Assembly (NCBI RefSeq): GCF_002075285.3 | Contig: NZ_CP021983.2 | Coordinates: forward strand, 1,440,001-1,472,000 | Length of the DNA: 32,000 nucleotides | Direction: 5' to 3' | Source: Halomicronema hongdechloris C2206 | GTDB lineage: Bacteria; Cyanobacteriota; Cyanobacteriia; Phormidesmidales; Phormidesmidaceae | Shown: positions 17,298-24,495 of the stretch, piece after piece | Numbering within the stretch: the stretch's first letter is position 1 | Layout: every line of letters begins with the position of its first letter | Notes under the pieces: generated by a model | What the model saw: the letters and a program-made list of their open reading frames with translations, nothing else | What the model was told of the DNA's origin: nothing | Databases searched by the model: none | Translations under genes and position numbers: made by a program

Positions 17298-18320
17298 ATG
17301 ATTATTAAACTCAGCCAATCTTCTACCGATATGGCTCTAAAGCACCTGGTGAAATGGTTTGCTCAGCAAGATGTTGAAGCCCGTCAGATTAACTGGGGAG
17401 CTCAGGTATTATTGGTTACCTCTTCGAAATGGAAAGGGGACGCTGACTATCTCAAAAGTATAGATGGGGTTGAATCCGTTACTGAGATGACAGCAGATTA
17501 TCAACTCTGTACTCGTAAATTTCAACCTCAAGACACCGTGATTGATTTAGGTGACGGCGTCATTTTTGGTCGTGGTGCAACTGTCATGATGGCGGGTCCC
17601 TGTGCGGTTGAGTCAGAAGACCAAGTCATGCGGACTGCTGAATTTTTGCGTAGTAAGTTTGACATTAAAGTATTTCGAGCGGGGGCATTTAAGCCTCGCA
17701 CATCACCCTACACATTCCAAGGCCTTGCAGATGAAGGACTAAATTTGTTAGCCAAGGTTCGTAAAGAATTTGGCATGAAAATTATCACTGAAGTTAAAGA
17801 TACAACTCACCTGGCAGCAGTCGCTGATGTAGCTGACATCATCCAAATTGGAACCAAGGCCATGTACAACTTTTCCCTTTTGGCTATGTGCGGTCAGCTT
17901 AAGCAGCCAATTGTCTTAAAGCGGGGCTTTATGACAACAATTAAGGAGTTCTTGCAGGCAGCTGATTTTATTCTTAGCAGTGGTAACTCTAAGGTTATTC
18001 TATGCGAGAGAGGTATTCGTAGCTTTGAACCTCAAACCCGTTTTTGCTTAGATGTTTGTTCTGCTGCTTTAATCAAAGAGTTAAGCCATCTGCCCATTGT
18101 TCTCGATCCCTCACATGCCATGGGTATTGCAGCTCAAGTGCCTCTTGTTGCTCAATCAGCTGCGGCTTTAGGTGTTGATGGACTATTAATCGAGACTCAC
18201 CCTGATCCTGCTAATGCAAAGAGTGATAAAGAACAAGCACTGTCTTTTGAGGAATTTGGTCGAATAGTGCCAGTTCTAGATAAAATTTGCACTGCAGTAG
18301 GCCGGAGGCTGATTGCGTGA
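17298..18320 (+). CDS. Type I-beta DAHP-synthase-like PEP-utilising aldolase with Thermotoga-type N-terminal ferredoxin-like domain; substrate uncertain
   Basis: MMAGPCAVES (metal Cys), FRAGAFKPRTSPYTFQGL (a DAHPS-type KPRTS block, not the KANRSS block of KDO8P synthase), IIQIG, VLKRGF, ILCERGIRSFE, LDPSH, IETHPDP. The N-terminal about 90 aa (...SIDGVESVTEMTADYQLCTRKFQPQDTVIDLGD) resembles the regulatory domain of T. maritima DAHPS as I recall it. Confidence 0.75.
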   Translation: MIIKLSQSSTDMALKHLVKWFAQQDVEARQINWGAQVLLVTSSKWKGDADYLKSIDGVESVTEMTADYQLCTRKFQPQDTVIDLGDGVIFGRGATVMMAGPCAVESEDQVMRTAEFLRSKFDIKVFRAGAFKPRTSPYTFQGLADEGLNLLAKVRKEFGMKIITEVKDTTHLAAVADVADIIQIGTKAMYNFSLLAMCGQLKQPIVLKRGFMTTIKEFLQAADFILSSGNSKVILCERGIRSFEPQTRFCLDVCSAALIKELSHLPIVLDPSHAMGIAAQVPLVAQSAAALGVDGLLIETHPDPANAKSDKEQALSFEEFGRIVPVLDKICTAVGRRLIA

Positions 18321-18985
18321 GTTCCCTTCTCCTTGACTCCATTCTTGATAGTTGCCAAGCAGTCATCTTTGATATGGATGGCGTGATAGCAGATACTGAA
18401 CCACTTAAGTTTCAGGCTTATCAATTTGTATTTCGAGAGGAGTATGGGATTGAGCTACCAATCGAGGATATAGCTTGGCGAGGTATGAAAGAGCAGTCTG
18501 TAATTGCCTATTGGTTCAATAAATTTCAGCTGGTGGGTGATCCTCAGAAACTAATTGAGGATAAGCGAGCTGCCTACCATTCTCTTTTGGTGCAAGGTAA
18601 AATCACAGCAATACCTGGCATCATGGCATTTATCAAATATCTTCGATCGCTGGGCAAGTTGCGGGCAGTTGCCACGAGCTCTAGTTGCCAAGAGGCGGTT
18701 ATGGTATTAGAAGCTCTGCATATAAGGGATGCCTTTCATCAGGTTATAACTCGAGATGATGTGCAAAGAATGAAGCCTGATCCAGAAGTTTATCTTGCTG
18801 CAGCATCAGCCTTAGGAGCCAATCCATCTAATTGCATAGTCTTTGAAGATAGTCAGTCGGGAGTTGGTGCTGCTAAGGCAGCTGGAATGTTTTGTGTGGG
18901 AGTGTTAACTTCATTTTCAAGAAAATCTCTTGGGCCCGTCGACCAAGTAATCAATGATTTCACAGATTTAGCTATAAATTTTTAG
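18317..18985 (+). CDS. HAD-superfamily hydrolase, subfamily IA (beta-phosphoglucomutase/sugar-phosphatase-like)
   Basis: Motif I VIFDMDGVIADTEP, motif II AVATSS, motif III KPDPEVY, motif IV VFEDSQSGVGAAKAAGM. The in-frame GTG at 18317 overlaps the upstream stop (GTGA, 18317-18320), which suggests translational coupling. The ORF track opens at 18287. Confidence 0.8.
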   Translation: MSSLLLDSILDSCQAVIFDMDGVIADTEPLKFQAYQFVFREEYGIELPIEDIAWRGMKEQSVIAYWFNKFQLVGDPQKLIEDKRAAYHSLLVQGKITAIPGIMAFIKYLRSLGKLRAVATSSSCQEAVMVLEALHIRDAFHQVITRDDVQRMKPDPEVYLAAASALGANPSNCIVFEDSQSGVGAAKAAGMFCVGVLTSFSRKSLGPVDQVINDFTDLAINF

Positions 18986-19282
18986 AATTTACAATGGAAA
19001 TGTTTTCTAACCATGGAATATCTCTTTGCGTCATGACTAGAATTTAAGTCACTTTTTTGGCTTAAATCCAAGCTTCAAAAGCTAATAGCAGAGAAAAAAT
19101 CCAGGAATTCTCTCATCTATATCATATAAGTATCTATTAAAATCTTTATAACCCTCAAAATCCTGAAAATGTTTCTAGTTTAGTCCTAAAATTTCTCCAT
19201 TAGTAGAATTCTTAGCCCAAATTTAAGCTTATTGTGGCGAACAAACCTTAATATTGAGACTGTCTATAATTAGAATAAAAAT

Positions 19283-20659
19283 ATGTCTACCAAGTTTCTT
19301 AAAGATACTATCCGGAAAATAATAGAACCACTAGAATCATCGATTTTGTCAGACAAATATTTTGGACTTCAAAAAAGCCTTGGCTATTCGGATAGGCTGA
19401 ATCTAGTTTGTAAGTATGCTCAGAACAAATTCAATTCCCAATCTTCGGAAGCATACCCTGAGATTACTTTCCTGCTTTATTCGAAGGCCTGTGAAAGGTT
19501 GTTAATACCGTTAGTGTTTAATTTATTACAGCGCCCAGAAGTTCAGGATGGAAAGATTCATGTCAATGTGATCGTGTTGTTTGGTATCCATCGCCTCAAA
19601 CTAATGGATTCTAATTTAGAGGAGTTGCAGAAGATGAGATGCCAAATTCAAACGGATTATTTTAGTTTGATACGTGCCTGCTATCAACCTAACCAAAAGC
19701 TAGTTGTGCTTTGCCTAGATCATCGTAAGGTTTATAGATATCACTTTTGGGGTGTCGACACCGTAGATACTTTGAAAAGTCACGGTGTAAGTACACTTTC
19801 TATTCAGCACGGTGGAACTCGTGCTGACAGTGTTGAAGAATTGGCTTCTGCAGCTTCAGATATGGTTCTGGTATGGGGAAAGCGAGTCTACAGAGAAATC
19901 GTGGAAAGATACAACGGAGATCCTCGCAGGTTTCACATAGTTGGTAATCCTTTACATGATCGGTTAGCTAATATTGATAATGTTCAAGTTCAAAGCCAAT
20001 TTAAGGACCACTATCCAGAAGTAAGTTCACAGCTAGGTCAAAAACACGTAGTTCTCTTAGCAACCTGTCTTCATACTGAATACCGAGGCATGGAGAATGA
20101 GGTGCAAATGTATCGAGATTACATTCGACATATTTATAGTAGTATTGATTTTTCTCGTACACTACTTCTAGTTAAGATGCATCCTCTCGATACATTAGCT
20201 CCTAATCTTTACATTCAAGCTATTCCTGATGAGAATTCTAAAAAATCAATAATAGTCATTGAGCCTACAGTCTCTAATTTAGATATTTACTCATTATTGT
20301 CAATTTCTGAGCTCCTAATAACCCGTGCCTCAACAGTTGCTGAAGAAGCAATGTTGATGGGAAAAAATGTTATTTCATTTGACCTTTTGCCAGACGGTCC
20401 CTCAAAGAACTATAGGCATTTAGAGGAGTATGGTAGCTACACTACTGTTTATGCAAACCCAGAAAACGAGCTAAAAAAAGCAATCAATTATTCTCTATCT
20501 GAGGCAGTATCAGAGCAGAATAAAAATACTTCTCTCATTGAAGAGGAGTTAACTTGCAGTTTAGATGGTCATTCAACCGATAGAGCTGTCAATGAAATTT
20601 TAACGTACTTTTGGCATAAAAACTATCAAAACTATTATGAAAACGGTTGCACTTGTTGA
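19283..20659 (+). CDS. GT-B-fold protein of the 2-epimerase / capsule-synthesis (KpsS/KpsC, TagF)-like superfamily; candidate glycosyl (ulosonate?) transferase
   Basis: Blocks SIQHGGTRADS, FHIVGNPLHDRL, LLLVKMHPLD (HP motif) and LLITRASTVAEEAMLMGKNVISFD resemble the two Rossmann halves of GT-B enzymes of this superfamily. The exact family was not resolved by eye. Confidence 0.4.
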   Translation: MSTKFLKDTIRKIIEPLESSILSDKYFGLQKSLGYSDRLNLVCKYAQNKFNSQSSEAYPEITFLLYSKACERLLIPLVFNLLQRPEVQDGKIHVNVIVLFGIHRLKLMDSNLEELQKMRCQIQTDYFSLIRACYQPNQKLVVLCLDHRKVYRYHFWGVDTVDTLKSHGVSTLSIQHGGTRADSVEELASAASDMVLVWGKRVYREIVERYNGDPRRFHIVGNPLHDRLANIDNVQVQSQFKDHYPEVSSQLGQKHVVLLATCLHTEYRGMENEVQMYRDYIRHIYSSIDFSRTLLLVKMHPLDTLAPNLYIQAIPDENSKKSIIVIEPTVSNLDIYSLLSISELLITRASTVAEEAMLMGKNVISFDLLPDGPSKNYRHLEEYGSYTTVYANPENELKKAINYSLSEAVSEQNKNTSLIEEELTCSLDGHSTDRAVNEILTYFWHKNYQNYYENGCTC

Positions 20660-21896
20660 TGCTAATCACGGTCGCGGTCATCATCTAACTTACATGAGGT
20701 TCTTTTGTAGAACATTACTAGAGTTAGGATATCGCACCTTGGTGTTTTATCCAGAACCTGATGCTGTGATAGATTGGCTCAAAATACATTTTCCTGAACT
20801 TATAGAGAACTTATATGTCTTTAGAATTGACGAATATGCTCATCGTAAAGTACCTCTAATCGGGAAAATTTCCTCTAAATTGCAACCTCTAGTGGTAATA
20901 GCGAGATGGAGGTATACCAACAGAATTATCAAGCAGGCAGTGAAGGCAGTTGGGCATGAACCTGATTTAGTATTCTTCAACTGGCTAGATAATTACTTAA
21001 GTTATTTTCTATCTCATCATCTTATCGACCTGATTTTCCCATTCAAGTGGTCTGGCATTTACTTTAGACCAGGAGACTTACGCTTCAAGAAGCGCACTTT
21101 CCTATCTCACTATGCGATCGCAAGATCACCTCGGTGTCAGGCCTTGACTCTTTTGGATGAAGAATTCTCTAGGATCATAGAAGATAAGTTAAATATCCCG
21201 ATTATTCCATTTCCAGATTTAACTGATGAAACGCCACCTGATACAGCACTAGGTGTTATTAAGCAGATAAAATTGCAAGCAAGGGACAGAAAAATTATTG
21301 GACTTATTGGTTCTTTAAGTAAGCGAAAAGGACTCTTTACTTTTCTTGAAGCAGCTCAAAGGCTAGTTGAAAAAGATTATTTTTTTGTCCTTGCCGGTCC
21401 TCTTAATAAAGCAACCTTTCACCAGGAATATGATCAAAAACTTTCAGATGAGTTTCAAAGATTGGAGAGAATGATAAAATCACCACCAGAAAATTGCTTT
21501 TTCTATCTCCAATCAATTCCAGACGGTGCCGAATTTAATGCTTTTATAAATATATTTGATATTCTATTTGCAGCCTATGAAAATTTTCCCTACAGTAGTA
21601 ATATTTTGACCAAGGCAGCTGTTTTTCGGAAACCGATTATTGTAAGTGATGGTTTTTGCATGGAAAAGAGAGTGAAAAGATTTCAGTTTGGATTGTCAAT
21701 TCCAGAAGGAAATGTAGCCGCATGTGTTAAGGCAATTCAACTTCTGTCTGAGTCATCTTCATCAGATGGTCTTAGCCTTGAATTCGATTTTGAAGGCTAT
21801 AAACAGCTTCATTCGACAAAGAGACTTGGCGAGATCTTTACAGCACTTTTAGGAGATCATGAGCTAAAGACAGCATTGAATGCTAGTAATTCTTAG
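20637..21896 (+). CDS. Glycosyltransferase, GT-B fold (GT4-like)
   Basis: MKTVALVDANHGRGHH N-terminus. C-terminal half has IGLIGSLSKRKGLFTFLEAAQRL...FFVLAGPL...ILTKAAVFRKPIIVSD, typical of the donor-binding domain. It overlaps the upstream gene by 23 nt. Confidence 0.6.
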   Translation: MKTVALVDANHGRGHHLTYMRFFCRTLLELGYRTLVFYPEPDAVIDWLKIHFPELIENLYVFRIDEYAHRKVPLIGKISSKLQPLVVIARWRYTNRIIKQAVKAVGHEPDLVFFNWLDNYLSYFLSHHLIDLIFPFKWSGIYFRPGDLRFKKRTFLSHYAIARSPRCQALTLLDEEFSRIIEDKLNIPIIPFPDLTDETPPDTALGVIKQIKLQARDRKIIGLIGSLSKRKGLFTFLEAAQRLVEKDYFFVLAGPLNKATFHQEYDQKLSDEFQRLERMIKSPPENCFFYLQSIPDGAEFNAFINIFDILFAAYENFPYSSNILTKAAVFRKPIIVSDGFCMEKRVKRFQFGLSIPEGNVAACVKAIQLLSESSSSDGLSLEFDFEGYKQLHSTKRLGEIFTALLGDHELKTALNASNS

Positions 21897-21940
21897 GAAT
21901 GTTTTATTTAGAATAATGAGTCTATACCCAGGGAGTAGAG

Positions 21941-22996
21941 ATGAAAGTATTAGTGACTGGTTCAAGCGGCTTAATTGGTTCGGAAGCCGTTGAGTACTAT
22001 GATCGGGAGGACCATGAGGTCATTGGCGTAGACAATAACATGCGCGCTGAGTTCTTTGGTCCTAAAGGGGATACCATTTGGAATCTCAGTCGCCTGAAGG
22101 ATAGTACTCAAAACTTCGAACATCATAATATTGATATTCGTGATCGTGCTGCAGTCTTTCAGTTATTTGAGGAAAAGCCCTTCGATCTCATTATCCATTG
22201 TGCTGCACAACCCTCCCATGACAGGGCTTGCCAGATTCCTTTGCTAGACTTCGAAGTGAATGCATTGGGTACGGTTAATCTTCTAGAGGCAACTCGCCAA
22301 TTTTGCCCTGAGGCCGTATTTATTCATATGAGCACTAACAAAGTTTATGGAGATGCTCCTAACGAGGTACCTCGTATCGAATTAGAAAAGCGCTACGATT
22401 ATGAGCGCTCTGAAGACTATAATGGCATTTCGGAAGAATGTCGGATCGATCGGTGTTTACATTCTCTATTCGGTGCATCTAAGGCTGCAGCCGACATTGT
22501 AGCTCAGGAGTATGGTCGCTATTTTGGCATGAAGGTGGGAATCTTTCGCGGCGGTTGCTTGACTGGACCTTCTCACTCCGGTGTAGAGCTGCATGGCTTT
22601 TTATCTTACCTAGTGAAAGTAGCTGTCAATGGTGATACTTACAAGGTGTTTGGCTATGAAGGCAAGCAAGTTCGCGATAATATCCATAGCTATGATGTGA
22701 TCCAAGCATTTGAAGCATTTCGTTGTAATCCGCGCCCTGGGGAAGTTTATAATCTAGGAGGTGGACGAGGAAATAGTGTTTCTATCTTGGAAGCCTTTGA
22801 TCTAGTCAGTGACTTAGTAGGGCGAAAAATCCAGTGGATCTATGTCGACCAAAATCGCATCGGTGACCATATCTGCTATATTTCTGACCTCAGGAAAATG
22901 AAATCACATTTTCCTGGGTGGGATATTACTCGTAGTCTAGGCAATATTTTAGAGGAAATGGTTGAGGCCGAACAGGCACGATTAGTTCGGGTCTAA
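21941..22996 (+). CDS. Extended SDR, CDP-paratose/tyvelose 2-epimerase-like NAD-dependent epimerase/dehydratase
   Basis: [14 protein letters not shown] (GxxGxxG), [68 protein letters not shown]. The expected YxxxK Tyr is Phe (codon 22469-22471). Confidence 0.75.
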   Translation: MKVLVTGSSGLIGSEAVEYYDREDHEVIGVDNNMRAEFFGPKGDTIWNLSRLKDSTQNFEHHNIDIRDRAAVFQLFEEKPFDLIIHCAAQPSHDRACQIPLLDFEVNALGTVNLLEATRQFCPEAVFIHMSTNKVYGDAPNEVPRIELEKRYDYERSEDYNGISEECRIDRCLHSLFGASKAAADIVAQEYGRYFGMKVGIFRGGCLTGPSHSGVELHGFLSYLVKVAVNGDTYKVFGYEGKQVRDNIHSYDVIQAFEAFRCNPRPGEVYNLGGGRGNSVSILEAFDLVSDLVGRKIQWIYVDQNRIGDHICYISDLRKMKSHFPGWDITRSLGNILEEMVEAEQARLVRV

Positions 22997-23067
22997 TAGA
23001 ATCAGATCTGGACAGATATGATGTATCGGTGATTCTGACAGTTAATAGCCTTGAGTCTTAAGTTAGC

Positions 23068-23100
23068 ATGGGTGGGAATTCACCCGCCCATATGCTTTTT
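23068..23100 (+). terminator. Rho-independent terminator after the epimerase gene
   Basis: ATGGGTGGG-aattca-CCCGCCCAT is a 9-bp GC-rich stem (one G-U pair) with a 6-nt loop, followed by ATGCTTTTT. A T-run is present only on the + strand. Confidence 0.65.
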
Positions 23101-23195
23101 GAATTCTCGAATTTCAGAGACCTGTAAATTCTCATAGAAAACTTACAATAGGCCTTACTATTTCTTGAAATTAATTGTAAAGATTAAGATTTACG

Positions 23196-24359
23196 ATGTT
23201 TAAATTAGCTATTTCTAGAAGGCTAAATGTCCTAAACTTAGTTTCTGATAAACCGACATCAAAAACTTGGCTCCCATCTTTGGATGGATTACGTGCTATT
23301 GCACTACTGTTAGTTTTTCTAGAGCATGTCACCGGCAATGTTTTTGTCGAAGACGCTAGTAACGATGGATCTATTTCTACCGCTTTTTTGAATTTTGGTG
23401 ATGCTGGAATGGGTCGCTCAGGAGTTTATCTGTTTTTTGTACTGAGTAGTTTCCTGTTAACATCACAGCTACTTCGTCCGGGCATAAGACTTAAAAGTTT
23501 TCAGCTATGGATTAATTATGTATATAAACGATTGATCAGAGTCTATCCATTATATGTTTTTGTTTTAGTAGTCTATACTATTTTTTCTAGCTTCCAATAT
23601 AACATTCAAGACTTTTTTGAGCATGTAACTTTACAAGAGGCTGGAAATCATTTCTGGACAATTCCAGTAGAAGTAAAATATTACATATTGCTACCCAGCA
23701 TTGCACTCATAATAACCAAGCTTTTGAGGCGTAGACTATCGCTAGTTCTTATCGCTTTTACCGGAATTTCAATTATACTAAAGCTATTTGAATCGTCCAT
23801 TTTGTCTCTGGATCGTTTATCGCTTTTACCTCATTTGCCGATCTTCTTTATTGGTTCTATAGCAGCTTTAATTCATGTGGATTTATTTAGCAAGAGGGAC
23901 ATTGGTGTCAAATATAAGACCTGGATGGAGATAGTATCTATACTTTCAATACTCGCCATACTACTTAGCTATAAAACTGCTGCCAGTTCCTTTCTTTGGA
24001 ATCTTATTTTTGGCTATGAAATGCCAGAAATTCCTTCAAATCATTGGTTATATATCCTACATGGATTGCTTTGGTCAATCTTTCTGATATCTCACTTAAA
24101 TGGAAGAGGTTGGATAGGCGGTTTGTTAGCTTGGAAGCCACTACGATATATCGGTGTAATTAGCTTTGGTATGTATCTATGGCATATTGCTATCTTAGGT
24201 TATCTAAATGCTCATTTAGCTGTGCCTAGCATGATTAAATTTATTGCTATTTTCTGTGTTACATCAGCTGTTTCTACAGTGACTTACATTATGATTGAGA
24301 GACCTATAACGAAATTTAAGTTTCCATTTAACCAAAAATCTTACTACTTGACTAGATAG
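23196..24359 (+). CDS. Acyltransferase family 3 (OafA/WecH-like) integral-membrane O-acyltransferase
   Basis: LPSLDGLRAIALLLVFLEH N-terminal signature. About 10 predicted hydrophobic helices. ISFGMYLWH near the C-terminus. Confidence 0.8.
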   Translation: MFKLAISRRLNVLNLVSDKPTSKTWLPSLDGLRAIALLLVFLEHVTGNVFVEDASNDGSISTAFLNFGDAGMGRSGVYLFFVLSSFLLTSQLLRPGIRLKSFQLWINYVYKRLIRVYPLYVFVLVVYTIFSSFQYNIQDFFEHVTLQEAGNHFWTIPVEVKYYILLPSIALIITKLLRRRLSLVLIAFTGISIILKLFESSILSLDRLSLLPHLPIFFIGSIAALIHVDLFSKRDIGVKYKTWMEIVSILSILAILLSYKTAASSFLWNLIFGYEMPEIPSNHWLYILHGLLWSIFLISHLNGRGWIGGLLAWKPLRYIGVISFGMYLWHIAILGYLNAHLAVPSMIKFIAIFCVTSAVSTVTYIMIERPITKFKFPFNQKSYYLTR

Positions 24360-24379
24360 AAATTGCTAGATAGAAATTG
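24352..24379. repeat. Perfect 14-bp tandem duplication CTAGATAGAAATTG x2 spanning the stop codon of the AT3 gene
   Basis: 24352-24365 and 24366-24379 are identical. The TAG stop of the AT3 gene is at 24357-24359. Confidence 0.9.
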
Positions 24380-24495
24380 TTTGTTGCATTATGGCCTACA
24401 TGAGTTTCAGATTTGTCTGTCAAGCCTTAATATTTGTCTTTTTTGGGCTAAGAGTGGTGTTTTAAGGCTCGGAAATAGCTATTGATGCTAGCAAT

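Larger units (their letters stand above)
5127..24495. other. AT-rich, HIP1-poor genomic island (glycan synthesis and decoration), probably horizontally acquired
   Basis: Base composition changes sharply right after the kinase stop codon and again around 24480-24540. Spot counts: 8281-8340 has 19/60 G+C, 28021-28080 has 41/60 G+C. I find GCGATCGC nine times in the flanks and once in the island. Long antisense shadow ORFs in the ORF track are clearly more frequent in the flanks. An IS630 lies inside. Confidence 0.75.

Noticed and set aside
17298-18320. Annotating this gene simply as kdsA (KDO8P synthase), or simply as housekeeping aroG/aroF
   Set aside because: The KPRTSPY block and the N-terminal ferredoxin-like domain are DAHPS-type, not KDO8PS-type, so kdsA is not justified. 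However, its position between a KdsB-like gene, an RPE-CBS fusion and a phosphatase in a foreign glycan island, together with the altered active-site blocks, argues against a plain shikimate-pathway role. The substrate is left open.
18197-18424. 75-aa reverse ORF across the synthase/phosphatase junction
   Set aside because: It is antisense to two well-supported, translationally coupled genes and has no motif.
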